DNA from: the human T2T-CHM13v2.0 reference genome, Homo sapiens
Reading direction: 5' to 3'
Length of the DNA: 64,000 bases
Assembly (NCBI GenBank): GCA_009914755.4
Contig: CP068257.2
Span: 28,960,001-29,024,000, forward strand
The notes beneath the pieces are model-generated. The model ran no database searches, was not told where the DNA came from, and saw nothing but the letters and a program-made list of their open reading frames with translations. Below, piece after piece: positions 25,471 to 40,373 of the stretch; positions within the stretch are counted from its first letter, which is position 1; every line of letters begins with the position of its first letter. A program made the translations under genes and the position numbers.

Positions 25471-27512
25471 TTTTGGTTTAAATCCTCAAATATGGGAGTT
25501 ATTTAATTAGGAAATAACACTATGCTCTTTGACTCTCTGTGTGTTGGTTTTAAAAAGTATGGTTCAAATAATAGATACATATTCCAACAAGAATTTTAAA
25601 AGAAAAGTGACAAAGTCTTCAATATCTCAAATATAAGAACTCAAGTGACTAACCCTACTTAAAATTCACTTTCTAGGGGCAATTAATCTGTATAGCATAA
25701 ACGAGATTCTTTTAAAAGAGAATAATATAGCCCATGGCTTTTCTTTTCTTATATTTGCTGCCATCGTTCCCAGGGATATATTTAATTTTTAAGTGGAAAC
25801 ACTGTCTAAAATTTGGTTCCTAGCAGAATTTTCTCATTCCTTTTTCTATATTGTTGTATTAGATAGGAGTAGAATTTATTGCAAGTGATAGAAATAGTGT
25901 ACATTTTAAGAATGTATTTCTCTTTCACATAATCAAAGTCTGGATTTAAGTCATCTCTAGCTGGTTTCTAGTCCTCAGTGACCCAGACTCATTCTAAATC
26001 ATTGCTTCATCATTCATAAGATGTAACCTTCATCTTCATAGTCAAAGATGGTGGCATTTGTGTCCTAGGGAAGAGGACCAAGAAATATACAAAGAAGATG
26101 ATAGACTCCATGCAACTTGAATCTTAAGGAAGGATCCAGAAAGCCGTCATATTATACCTTAAATTTTATGCATTGTTCAGAACTTCATCACATGACTAGA
26201 GTGGGTTTCAAAGAAGCTTGGGAAATTTAGAGGATTTTTTTCCTAAGTTGATCATGCCCAGCATAAAAAAAGAACTATTATATTCAAAGAAGGGGAGAAT
26301 AGTGAAAACAAAGCAACTATTCATCTTTATTACCACTAGAGTCCATCAAGTTTGGCAAACAATATTGGTAACCAGCATAGTACTATAATGAACATCTCAG
26401 GTCAGTTATATCAAAACATCATAATAAAATTCTTTTTAATATATAAGCACCTTTTAAAATGTACATATATATTTATGTATGTCCACTTGCTTGTTACTGC
26501 AGATTAGTATGTGATCTTGTTTAGGCAATAAGAGATCCACTGTATGTTTTATTTTTTTTAAATAACAACATCTATTGGTTTTAAGTTTGTCAGAAAAAGC
26601 ACCAAATTATTAAATGTAAATATTTAAGCTAAAAGTTGGAACAGGAAGTCCTCTAGGTCAAGCTTAGCACTTAGATGTGTGTTTACTTAGATGTATGTAC
26701 TAAGTACTTATCTTAGTCCTCAGATGTGTGTCCTTACTTGTTTACAACAAATACTCCTTATTCCCCCAGGTGACTGCTATATGGATCCACTACCCTATTT
26801 CATATATTTATTTTCCACTGTCTCAAAAACGCTTTCCTGGAGAAGTCCAAAGAGAACATCAAAACAAATGTGAAAATACGGGAACCCGAGAGGTGAGATG
26901 TGGGAGATCTCACACCAATACTTCGATTTCTAAATAAATGTTTACAGTGATCTGACATAGAAGCAAAATCATGCTAACAAATAAATAAGACTCTCAAGAT
27001 AAAAAAAAACATATGTGACTTTATATTAGCATTTTATTGTAAATGTGGTCAGTTCACTGTTAATAATCAATATAAAATATTATTTGGGATGAAAAGTTAT
27101 TTACCCCAAGGAAAGAAATTGTGTAATTTACAAGATATTTTACTTCAGATAACTTTCCACTTGTATCACTTCCTCACTCAAATAAATATACTTCCAGTTT
27201 CTGTTTGCATATTTGACTCACCAGTAGAAATCATTAGAAGTAAAGAAAAAAATCTGGATCAGAGGGCTTGCATATTGTTAACATTTTAAGGAACCTGAGT
27301 CTAGACTTTAATAACAAACAAGAGTGAGAAGATCACCAAGACACAGGAAGCATCTTCTAATTAAGGGCATGTAACATTATTATTGAGTTTCAGACAAAAT
27401 GGTTACATTTTTATAAGGATATCTGTACTTACTGAAATAAATTTCGTCAAGTTTTATTATGCAGCTTTCTCTGAAATATGAAACCGAACGGCCTCATACA
27501 CTATTGAAGATG

Positions 27513-27520
27513 TATAAAAT
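27513..27520 (+). promoter_or_regulatory. TATA box (TATAAAAT) for KRTAP20-4.
   Basis: About 80 bp upstream of the ATG at 27599. The shared 'GACATTCAAACTGAG' motif follows about 25 bp downstream. Confidence 0.65.
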
Positions 27521-27598
27521 TTCATTTGCAGATGGTGACATTCAAACTGAGAAAAATAATTCCCTGATCCACAACTGAAACATCCACTTCTGAACACC

Positions 27599-27733
27599 AT
27601 GTCCTACTACAGCCATCTTTCTGGTGGCCTGGGCTGCGGCTTGGCTGTGGCTGTGACTATGGGAAGGACTGTGGCTGTGGCTGAGTATGGCAGGTGCAGA
27701 CATGGCTGCCACTCATCTTACTCTGCCAGGTAA
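27599..27733 (+). CDS. KRTAP20-4: Keratin-associated protein 20-4-like, 44 aa (MSYYSHLSGGLGCGLAVAVTMGRTVAVAEYGRCRHGCHSSYSAR). Single exon. The central Ala/Val-rich segment is atypical for the family.
   Basis: Hand translation from the ATG at 27599 to the TAA at 27731-27733. The N-terminus MSYYS..GGLGCG and the TATA/5' region are clearly homologous to the other KRTAP20 genes. Confidence 0.75.
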   Translation: MSYYSHLSGGLGCGLAVAVTMGRTVAVAEYGRCRHGCHSSYSAR

Positions 27734-27983
27734 TGACACCATGGATTCCACTGAGGAACACCTAGAGCAGTTCAGTCTACTGCACTCCTCCAGCTTGATT
27801 TCCTGATTCTGTTTCTATAATTTTTCACGTGAGTAATTATATTTGCTATACAAACTCTGATAGCTCATCCTGGTGAACTTGAAGAACACAAAGTTCAGAC
27901 CTGTCATGCTTCTGAATTCATGAAAAGAGCCAAAAATTTGTCAAAAATTATAGGTAAGTTTTATCTTTAATATTGTGCTACCA

Positions 27984-27989
27984 ATAAAT
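27984..27989 (+). promoter_or_regulatory. Polyadenylation signal AATAAA for KRTAP20-4.
   Basis: About 250 nt downstream of the stop codon. Confidence 0.45.
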
Positions 27990-28552
27990 TTATTTTATAT
28001 TTTCAATCAGTATCTTTCATATGAAAAAAATTTAAGTTCTATTTTAATTGATTGTTTTCTCATATTCAGGATGGTTCTACTTTATTCTACATTAATTTGT
28101 ATAGAACTGTGAGGAACTGCTTTTGGGCGCTGCCTTTCATGCTATTCTGAGATGACACTGTTTCAAAAAAGATAAGCATAAAATCATCAGTCCATTATAA
28201 TAACATGGGTATAAAAGCTACTTTCAAATGTACCTACAGGCAGCATTATTACCTATACATAAGGAAGCAAAATGTCATTTGACACAATAATAGTCCCATT
28301 TCCTGTTAACATATGCTAGGGCTATCTTTCTAAAACCCCACAGCTAGGTTGTCTCATTCAGATCTGTGCCTTCAGGTGGATAGAAATTGTCTTTTCTGCT
28401 TTCCACACTTCTTGCTGCTCCTCTCAGTTCTATAGCAAAAGAGGACAACACGTATCTCAGGTCCACCTTTCACTTGCATTGGGATATATTAACCTTGTTC
28501 ATCCAATTTCTAATTTAAAGAAAACAAAACTGCTTTTTTGAATTATTCTAGC

Positions 28553-28852
<300 letters not shown>

Positions 28853-29920
28853 TAATTATTCTAGTTTTCTTCTCCAAGCCAACCTAATAAGGAATAGGAA
28901 TCTCCAATTCATAAAACGTCAGTGAGGAGCAATGTTTCTCAACATCCTATGTATGATTCACACAATATTCTTAAATATCAATACACGTGATGCAAGCACT
29001 CCAGAGAGTTCAAAGAAAAGTATTCATTATTTTTAAAACTTTTAATGGCATGATGTGGGAAATGTATTTTTTCCCATATTTTAAGAAGCCCTATTTTACT
29101 ACATCAACAACTGATTTAAAATATCCTCCTCCAGTGTTTTATCTGATACAGTGGATTTTTCTCAAAGTCTCTTGCCTAACTGACACATTCTCAAGTGATG
29201 AATAATAAAAAAACACATTATTCCACACCCTATCATTGATAAAGGATCACAGCCCTGCAGCTAGAATAGTTGCCGCCTAATAAATATTTTGAATAAATAA
29301 ATGAATGACAATGAATCATGTTGAAAATTTCATGTCTTTCTAGAATTTCTTATTTTTTATAGCAGAATGTGGAAGTAGGAATGAACTATCACAAAAGTCT
29401 TGATATACAAGTAAAGTTATTTTGCCCAGAGTATTGGCTGTCTGTTTGTATGCTCTGTGTGGAGTACTCGGGATAGAGCATAGCTTTTGCATAAGAGGAA
29501 ATATGGACATTCCCAGTGTCTCACTCGTCTATATTATGACTGTGAATAGACTGAGAAACAAATTATATGCATCGCTGTTTGATCATTCTGTTAAACAGAT
29601 CAAAACCATTTCTTCAAAATGGAATACAATAACTGCTTAATACATGATGTATATATGCATTACTTCAGCCATATTTAGCTATGCTATCCTTCAAGCAATT
29701 CCATGTGAATATCATTGTGTAGCTATGTTTCAGTCAACTAGACACATCACTGTGTCTTCTCTATTCGTTTTTTTCAAATCCACCTCTTTTGCTTCTTACA
29801 TCTGCTATCCAGCCTGTCAGTGAGAAGTACTTCAAATGCTGTTCATCTTAAAGCCTAATCTGATTGATAGCTTCTTCTTGGAGAGAATCTAAGCTCTTTC
29901 ACTAGAGAGAGGTGTTCTGT

Positions 29921-30225
29921 GGGCTGGGAGCAGTGGCTGATGCCTGTAATCCCAGCACTTTGGGAGGCCGAGTCAGGCAGATCACCTGAGGTCAGGAGTT
30001 GGAGACCAGCCTGGCCAACATGGTGCAACCCCATCTCTACTAAAAATACAAAAGTTAGCTGGGCGTGGTGGTCCACGCCTGTAATCCCAGGTACTCCGGG
30101 AGGCTAAGGCAGGAGAATCACTTGAATCTGGGAGGCGGAGGTTGCAGTGAGCCGAGATCATGTCACTACACTCCAACCTGGGCAAGAGAGTGAGACCGTG
30201 TCTGAAAAAAAAGGAAAAAAGAGAG
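29921..30225 (+). mobile_element. AluS, sense.
   Basis: Reads 'gggctgggagcagtggctgatgcctgtaatcccagcactttgggaggccgag...gtctgaaaaaaaaggaaaaaag'. Confidence 0.85.
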
Positions 30226-30827
30226 AGGGGTTCGCTCTCTGCATTAGGCACCTGCTTCATCCAGTTGCCTTCTGAACAGAATTCGAAACTCACATATGTA
30301 ATTATGTGTTCCTCGTGTCCATTTTCAGTTGCTTTATTCAAATACCTCACTCCATGGTGTGTACAACACTGTGCCAGGTTCTCAATACCAGAGGAGGACT
30401 CCCACTTCCTGGAGGATAACAAAGCTCATCCCAATGCCAGCATTAGGAATAAAAGTCCAAACACTTTTGCCCACTGCATCTTGGTAACAGAGTTGCCAAG
30501 GGAAACACAACAGCATCAAGCACAGGATGGAGCAATGCTTTTACTCACATCAGAAGAGACAAGGTGAGATCAGCTCCAACAGCGTGTGCCCATCCCTCAT
30601 AGCTAGCGGGTCCCCAGGTTGCCACACAAGGCAATGAGACTATGCACACCCTTCTGGAGCCACAGTAAAAGGACCCCTCCCCATCACCCATGGAGTCTGA
30701 GATACTGAAAGCTAGGAGCACGTCTTGCCTAAGAGCCATTGACTTACAATCTTAGGCACACACTGAGCTTCAAACAGGTAATGCATCCCTACACAAGATG
30801 ATAAACCTGGCACTGATTATATAGGCC

Positions 30828-31134
30828 TTTTTTTTTTTTTTTTTTTGGACGGAGTCTCTCTCTCTTTCCCAGGCTGGAACGCAGTGGTGCAATCTCGGCT
30901 CACTTCAGACTCCACCTCCCAGGTTCAAGGGATTCCCCTGCCTCAGCCTCCTGAGTAGCTGGGATTGCAGGCATCTGCCATCACGCCAAGCTAATTTTTT
31001 TTTTTTTTTGTATTTTTGTAGAGACAGGGTTTCACCATGTTGGCCAGGCTGATCTTGAACTTCTGACCTCAGGTGATCCACCTGCCTCGGCCTCCCAAAG
31101 TGCGGGATTACAGGCATGAGACACCATGCTCAGC
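30828..31134 (-). mobile_element. AluS, antisense.
   Basis: A poly-T tract, then 'ggacggagtctctctctctttcccaggctggaacgcagtggtgcaatctc...cccaaagtgcgggattacaggcatgagacaccatgctcagcc'. Confidence 0.85.
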
Positions 31135-31280
31135 CCTGTAGGCTTTTTGTCTTTTGGCAAGGAAGTGTTCCAGGAACAAGACCCATTTTTATAGCGTTAA
31201 GTGGGAATCAAAAGACTGCATGCAAGCGACCAGCTTTCCCAACACACCAGAGCACGAGGACAGCTGTAGACACTAGGAAC

Positions 31281-33379
31281 TGTATTAGGCCATTCTTGCA
31301 TTGCTGAAAAGAAATATCTAAGACTGCGTTACTTGTAAGAATAGGGGTTTCATCGTCTCATGGTTCTGCAGGCTGCACAAGAAGCACTGTGGCATCTGTT
31401 TCTGGGGGGTGCCTCAGGAAGCTTCCAATCATGGCAAAAGGTGAAGAGGGAGCAGGCATATCATGTGTCAAAAGCAGGAGCAAATGCAGAGCAGGGAGGT
31501 GCCAGATACTTTCAAATGACCAGCTCTCATGACCACTCACTATCATACTATCACAAAGACAGCACCAGGCCATAAGGAATCTGCCTCCGTGATCCAAACA
31601 CCTCTCACCAAGGCCCACCTCCAGCAATGGGTATTACAATTCAATATGAGATTTGGGTGGGACCACATAGCCAAACTATATCATTCCATCCCTGGCCTCC
31701 CCCAAATCTCATATCCTTCTCACATTGCAAAATATAATTATGTCTTCCCAACAGACCCTCTTAAGTCTTAACTCATTCCAGTATTCGCTCAAAACTCCAA
31801 AGTCTCATCTGAGACAAGGCAAATCCCTTGCACCTATGAACCTGTAAAATTGTTTTTTAAAAAGTTATCTGCTTCCAAGATGCAATGGGGGTATAGGCAT
31901 TGAGTAAACATTCCCATTTCAAAAGGGAGAAATTGGTCAAAATAAATGGGCTACAGGCCTCATGCAAGTATGAAACCCAACAGGGTAGTCATTAAATCTT
32001 AAAAATCCAAAATAATCTCCTTTGACTCCATATCCTACATCCAGGGCACACTGGTCCAAGGGGTGGGCTACCAAGGCCTTGGACAACTCCACCCCTGTGG
32101 CTTTGCATGGTGCAGTCCTGGTAGCTGCTCTCATAGGTTGTTGCAGAGTTCTTGTAACTTTTCTAGGCATAGAGTACCATCTGGAGAGAGATGGCCTTTT
32201 CACAGCTCTACTAGGCAGTGCCCCAGTGGGGACTCTGTGTGAAGCCTCCAATCCCATATTTCCCCTCCACACTGTCCTACTAGAGTTTCTCTGTGGGGGC
32301 TCCATGCTGTAGCAGGAATCTGCCTGGACACCCAGGCTTTTTCATACATCCTTTGAAATCTAGGCAGAGGTTACCAAGAATCCACCACTCTTGCACTCTG
32401 TGAACCAGCAGGCTTAACACCATTGGAAGCCACCAAGGCTTATGGCTTGCACCATCCAGAGCAGCAGCCTGAGCTATACCTGAGCCCCTTTGAGCCAAGG
32501 CTGCAGTCGGAATAGCAGGTATGTGGACAGTGTTGTCCTAAGGCTGCACAGGGGCAGCAGGGCCCCGGGCGTGGTCCAGGAAACTGTTCTTTCCTGCTAG
32601 GCTTCTGGGCCTGTGATGGGAGGGGCTGCCGTGAAGGTCTCTGAAATATTCTTGAGGCCTTTTCCTCATTGTCTTGGCTATTAGCACTTGGCTCCTTTGT
32701 AATTATGCAAATATCTCTAGTAAGTGGTAGCACTACAGCCTGCTTGAATTCCTCTCCAGAAAAACACTTTTCTTTCTTTGGCACATAACCAGGCTGCAAC
32801 TTTTCCAAACTTTTGTGCTCTGCTTCCTGTTTAAATATAAATTCCAACTTTAAGTCATTTATTTGTTCCTGCATCTGAATTTAGGCTGTTAGGAGCAGCC
32901 AAGACAACAGCTTGTATGCCTTGTTGCTTAGAAATTTCTTGCCAGATACCCTAGGTCACTACTCTCAAGTGAAAACTTCCACAGATCCCTAGGTTATGAA
33001 CAGAATGCAGCCAAGTTCTTTGCTAAGGCATAACACGTGTGACCTTTGCTCCAGTTGCCAATAATTTCCTCATTTCCATCTGAGATCTCATCAGCCTGGC
33101 CTTCACTGTCCATATCACTAACAGAATTTTGGTCACAGCCATTTAATGATTCTCTAAGAAGTTCCAAACCTTGCCTTATCTTCGTGTCTTCTTCTGAGCT
33201 CTCCAAATTCTTCCAACCCCTACCTCTTATCCAGTTTCAAAGATGCATCCACATTTTCAGATATCTTTATAGCAATGCCCCACTCCTCAGTACCAATTTT
33301 CTTGTTAGGGCATTTTTGCGTTGTTATAAATAAATACCTGAGGCTGAGTAATTTACAAGAAAAGAAGCTTAATTGGCTT

Positions 33380-33385
<6 letters not shown>
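31281..33385 (-). mobile_element. MaLR retrotransposon of THE1/MST type. It has a complete 3' LTR (31281-31683), a roughly 1.6-kb internal region (31684 to about 33290) and a truncated 5' LTR (about 33290-33385).
   Basis: The LTR, in reverse complement, reads 'TGTATTAGGCCATTCTTGCATTGCT...GATTTGGGTGGGACCACATAGCCAAACTATATCA'. The internal part carries a 144-aa minus-strand ORF at 32440..32874. The upstream LTR is cut off at 'ttaattggcttatga', directly next to the TATA-like element of the KRTAP pseudogene. Confidence 0.6.
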
Positions 33386-33885
<500 letters not shown>

Positions 33886-36800
33886 CTCCTTTCCCTATGT
33901 TACCCGACTCCATATTCTGTGTTCTTCTCTTTTTAAAATACTGATTATCTCATCTTAGGCTACTTTGGGAAGAGATAGTAGTTTAAATTCTACATCCATC
34001 ATTTAAATTGAATATAATCATCTGGAATAACTTACTTTATAAAAGAAATGTTTTCTCTTCATACCGTATTACGATTATTGCTCCACATACATTTTAGTTC
34101 AACATCCTTCATGCGAAAAAAAATTTTGTGTCAGTTTTCAAAAAAAATCCTATATTTACAATATTACTTATTTAACATTACTTTGTTAGACCTGTTACAT
34201 GCACATGTGTGTGTGACAGAGTATTATTGTGACAAAAATATTGCTTACATGCTGTGAAACTAAAAGTTCAAAGGCTTAAAATTAGTTATTTCTAAATGAA
34301 ACTTGCTTTTGATGAACCTGCAATTACTGCAGCCTTGCATATCTGATCATAAAATATTAGCCTATATGCTAAGTTTTTACCTAATGAATAAAACCCCACA
34401 ACAGCACCCCTATTTCTAATCACCATATTCTAGGTACATTGGTCTTTGGCTGCTTTCTTGTACGCTACATTTGAATATTTTGGACTGTGGTTGTGTTTGG
34501 AATTTTCATTTCACATTATTCTAAATGATCCCCTTCTATTTCCTAGCAGATATATTTAAGTCACATCCCATATCTAATCGTCACACACAAAGTGGGTCTG
34601 AACATCATTTTTGTCTTTGAGAATCTCTGGAAAGTATCACCCTCTTACCATATCAGCACATTAACCATACAAAATTAGATCACTGCTTTCTGGGAACAGT
34701 GGTTTTGAGTTTTGTGTTTCCAATTTCTGTTTTAAAGATATACAAACAAACTTACTTTTATATTGAATACAACTTTCCTTCAGACTCTGTTTAAAGAAAA
34801 AATGTCAGAGTTATATTATTTCTACATCATTCCCTTTAGGATTCCTTTTGATCTAACATTACATATTATTTTGACCTTTATTTGAAATTATAAGCTTTCG
34901 CTCAAATGATTGATAGAGTTACAGCAACTTTGAAATATCAATACGTCTCATGTTGCAGACATTATTCTTTAAAAGCAATATGTGTGTCCAGGCAACTGTT
35001 TCAAAATTGCAAATTTATATTAATTTCTTAAAATAGCTTATGGTATTAAGGACATTTGTGATTTGCCATAAAGTTTTAGAATTCATGCCCCTTTTTCTCA
35101 GCTTATAAAGCATTTTAATCTATCTTTCCTTCTGGGATAAAGCAATTTTCTCAAATGGCCTTCTACAAATATCCTAGGCTATCTTATAAGAGAGAAATTA
35201 AACACTAGTCAGGGCACAATACCATTGACAGAATTCACATGGTTCAGTACCGAGGACAGCCCCCGGCAACAGTAAGGATTGTAGTTATTTTTTTTTTATA
35301 TAAATGAATGAAAAACAAATTAATTAATGGATAAAGTTTATAAACTTTTGTTAAGGTTTTATATGATTTCCATACTTTTAAAATTAAAAACACGTGCAAA
35401 AACATGACTATTAAGATGTTCACACATTTATCTCGCTCCAGAGCCCCAATGCCCGAATTATTTTATTCTGTCCAAATGGTACTATTCAAATCTTTCCCAG
35501 GGTAAGCTCAGAGAGGAAGACAAATTCACTAGAAGTGGAAAGTGAGGAGGAGTTTGTACGCCATCATCCTTCACCCTATATTACTAGGGCCATGAATACA
35601 TGGAAAACAAATACTTTATACCAAACCCTCTGATGTTTCTGATGAAAAAATTGGATTGCACACTTAGGACTGTCTAACAAAATAAAACAAATTACTTTTA
35701 ATAAGTGGTTTTTCATCCAATTGCTCACATGTTTCTGTACGATTTGCCTTTAAATAATTGCTTCAGTAGCTTTCATGAAAATGGAATTTTGTAAATAAAA
35801 CGAAATATCATCATTTCCATTTTCTGGTTATAGTTTCAGAAGATAAATTTGAAACCATCAAGAAAATATTTGATGTTTTAAAAGTAGTCAGAAAAAGGAA
35901 CACTACAAATATTGGAAGGAAAACTCCAGTGAATCTGGTAGCATCAAATTTTAAGTATTGGCTTTCTGTTGATAGTCTCATGAAGCCAAGTGATATCTTT
36001 TGCCTTTTAGTAGTAAATAATTAATCATGTAAAAATGAGGATACTCTCAAGGAAAAAAAAGGTGGGGGAGTTGATGTAGCAGGGAAGAGATGGAGAAAGT
36101 CAAGCTCAAAGAAGATTATCACGACTTGCTGAATATCAGCAAAAACAATAAACTTATGTCAACTCTATTGCTTGTCATGAGTCTACTCGTGAGCTGGGAA
36201 GTTTTCTGTTCATGGATGACTCCATTCATATCTCTCTTGTTGGCCACAGATTAAGTAGCCAGTGCTCTAAGATAGGAGGATCTCTCATATGTTTGAGGTT
36301 TTCCTGGCTGGAGGCTTAGGTGTCTGTTTCCTATCATGTGGTCTGTTATTCTCTAGGAGGTTTAGCAAGAGTTGTTCTTGTGAAAGCTGTGGAAGGATTC
36401 CAAAATAGTGAGTAGAAAAGCTTAATATCTCCTGAGGTCTATTCTAGAAGCTGGCACTTCCAATGTATTTTATTGGCCAAAACAAATCTCAAGACAAGCA
36501 AGGATTCAAGCAGTGGAAATGGGCTGCAGTCCTTGTTAGGAGAAGCTGCAAAATCATATTGCAAGGTGCCTAGATACAAGAAAGAATGAAGAATTTACAT
36601 TATTTTAGTAAGCAACTTACAACACCACAGAATATCATTAATCTCTTTATATAATTTGTTGGGTGGGCAGGGAAGCTTGAGAGACATATGGTTCATCAGC
36701 ATGGTAAAATAATGTGCTCTGAGAAACCTCCTATGACTAAGAATAAGGAGAAAACAAAAAATAACAAATTTATTTTGATGTCTACTTTGATTTAAAAATC

Positions 36801-36945
36801 ATTAGATAGAACAAACTTTGTATAACTAACTCTAAATAAAAAAGCATTTGTTTATTTACACATTACTTATAAACATACCTATGTTGAAAAATATGATATA
36901 TATATACATTACTGCAATAAACAACAGTTTAATCAGAAAAACTAA

Positions 36946-37393
<448 letters not shown>

Positions 37394-38556
37394 AGAAAGC
37401 ATAATTTTCAATAGGTGGACTTCTCTCTTTCCAAGGCTAGTGATTCATAAGGAAATGTTCAGAGGATGCTGCAAAACCTTACATCCATGAAAAGCCATGA
37501 ATATCATCTGCTTTGGCCACAGCAATGATATAGTTTTGGTCTCTTTTATCTTTCAAACTTCTTAAAGCTACTCTCATTGACTGAGAGTAAACACAATTCT
37601 TGTTCTGAGCAATCAAGTTCCTGAGAGAGTATGGAATGGTGCTAAGCTGCCTAAATATGATCCCACTAGGATTTATAAAATTTGTATTTTTTACAGATAG
37701 ATAATAGTTGTACCTGTTTATGGGATACATGTGTTATTTTGATTCAAGCATACAATGTGTAATGATCACATCAGGGTAATTGGGGTATCTCTTATATTAA
37801 ACATTTTAATTTATGTTAGTAATATTTCAATTTCACTCTTCTCATTACTTTGAAGTATACAATAAGTTGCTGTTTCCTGTGATCACCCTACTGTGCTATC
37901 AAATACTACACATTATTCCTTCTATCTAACTACATTTTTGTACCCATTAACCAACCCCTTGTTTATCCTCCCCACCGCCTCCCACTATCCTTCCCAGCCT
38001 ATGGTAACTATCAAACTATCACTCTGTTCTCTTTCTCCATATACACCATTGTATTAATCACTTTCTCCATGAATATCCCTTGCTTCCAACACCTGCATTT
38101 GGATGGTGCTAGTAAAGAACATCTCAAATGTTAAATTTATTCATCTGAAATACACCATGCATTATAGTTGCCTAATACAGCCTAGAGTTTACATGAGTGG
38201 GACATTTTTTCTGTCTTCGTAAGGTACTTCTGACTCCCACAGGCAGGTGACTGCCGAGTAGGACTAAGACCCATCCCATGGCACTTTTGGCTCCTTTGCC
38301 TTGGATCAAGACCATGTGGGAAACACCTTTCTTCAGAACTGGTAGAACAACGGTGAGGCCAAAGGTGGGTCCTCGATTCCAGTCAAGGTAGGGGTAGAAA
38401 GTCATTCCACACATATACCACCTCAAGTGGAGGACCCAAGGAGCAGATCTGAGAATACCAGCCAAAACAGGTCATAGGCTAGTGCGAGGAGATGAAGGGA
38501 GTTCTGAAGGAACTATGGGAGCCAAGGCTCTCTGGCTCTTAAAAAGACACAATGAA

Positions 38557-38680
38557 TGGGAGGTGGAGGCAGGAGAATTGCTTGAACCAGGGAGGCAGAG
38601 GTTGCAGTGAGACGAGATCACACCACTGCACTCCAGCCTGGGCGACAGAGTGAGACTCCGTCTCAAAAAAAAAACAAAAA
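38557..38680 (+). mobile_element. Alu fragment: the 3' end of the right monomer, in sense orientation.
   Basis: Reads 'ggaggcaggagaattgcttgaaccagggaggcagaggttgcagtgagacgagatcacaccactgcactccagcctgggcgacagagtgagactccgtctcaaaaaaaaaac'. Confidence 0.8.
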
Positions 38681-39879
38681 CACAATGAAAAGATGGAGAC
38701 TCATAAGGAAAAATTCTGAGTACAGAAAGTACACAAATTAATCATGGCAGGAGCAAGAAGAGAGAGGTTTCAGATCTTTTGGAAGGGAATTCAAACAGAC
38801 AGAAAACAGTGAGTACTGGCAAAATAGTATTTGGGTTTATTTTTCCTGTTAGATTGAGGATTAATGCAAGGATAATTTATCAAACGTGATTCTGTGAGCA
38901 GTGAGGGACACCTTCTCACCATTTTAGATATTTCTCACTCTCAACAAGCACTGCAGTTGTAATGTTTCTTTGCTGCTATGTAGCCCACACCTTCCTCCTG
39001 GATGGTGAGATCCTGTTTCCCTAGCCATTTCAGGCCATGGTTGCTGCAATTTCTCATTAACAATTATCTCTGGGCATGGAAGAACACAGAACCCTTCAGT
39101 GAGACCCCTGAATTTCAAGTTTATTTCCTTGCACATAATCATTTATGATGTCATCTATTGTCTAAATACAAAGGAAATAATTCTGCATAAGATATATTAT
39201 ACTTACACAGTGAAGTTGTGATAGTATGTTCAAAGAGGCCTAGTTTCCATAAGTATCCACTTTGCCATCAATATATATTATTAATAAATTATATATTATA
39301 TTGGTATATTACATAATTTATAATGTTAATAAATATTTACACCACAGTGATGTTGCACATACATACACTGTTAAATTGATGGCCCCATTCTCAGTCCTCC
39401 CAACTTAGGTGGGACAGCTAATTTATTCCTCTACTATGGACTCAGTGATATATGTGACTTGTTTTGATCAATGGGAGGTTAGCAAACTTGATATAAATAG
39501 AAGCTTTAAAAAAAGTTCATCCATTTCAAAAATTGAAAAGCTTAAATCAATGCTCTATAATTTTTAATTTGAATTGAAATTTTTAGTTTGAACTCATTAC
39601 TTTTAATCTTTTTTTTAAAAAAAAAACAGAGGGTTTTTTGGCTCTCTCCATTGAAACAGCATATAAGCAATCACAATGTAGCAACAGTGAACATCACTAG
39701 TGTCCAGAGAGTCTTCTCCAAATATCAGTGTTTCTTTAAAGAAAAATAAAAGACCTCTTCCTAATCAAGGGCAGGAAAGATAAAAGATGAGTCTGGAAGA
39801 TCTTCTCATATAAGAATTAAATAATTTACCGAAGATACTACTAAAGTCTTGTCAAAAAATACTTAAACCAAATTAAAAA

Positions 39880-40370
39880 GGTTTCTACCAGCCCATAATA
39901 GGACAACTTGACATCAAAAAGAGAAATAACTATAATTGATGGATACACGTCAATTAATTAAAACACTATGCTATTGTCATAAAGACAGACATATCGACCA
40001 ATGACCAATGGAGCAGTATGGAGAGCCCAGAAATAAACCCATATATATGCAGTTATTTGATCCTGGCAAAGATAATTATTATACACACTAGAGAAAGTGT
40101 AGTTTCTTCAACAAATGATGCTGGGGTAACTGGATATTCACATGCAAAAGAATGAAATTGGACCCTTATCAAACATCCAACAAAAAACTCAACCTGACAT
40201 AAATTAAAGACTTAAATATAAAGCCTCAAACTGTAAAACTATTAGAAGAAAACATAGAAGATTGTTGATATTGGACTGGGCAATGATTTCTTAGATACGA
40301 TGTAGTGACTACAGTTTACAATAGTGCATTGTGCACTTAAATATTTAGGGTGATGTTATTAAAACATCTA
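39880..40370 (+). mobile_element. Ancient L1M ORF2 fragment, terminated by an Alu insertion.
   Basis: It translates to an L1 ORF2-like '..DQWSSMESPEINPYI..GVTGYSHAKE.NWTLIKHPTKNSTWHKLKT..IVDIGLGNDFLD..'. Confidence 0.5.
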
Positions 40371-40373
40371 TGA

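Noticed and set aside
29982-30567. 146-aa minus-strand ORF (29982..30422) and 135-aa plus-strand ORF (30160..30567).
   Set aside because: Both largely traverse the AluS at 29921-30225 and adjacent unique sequence. Neither has a promoter, conservation signal or protein-like composition. They are typical Alu read-through ORFs.
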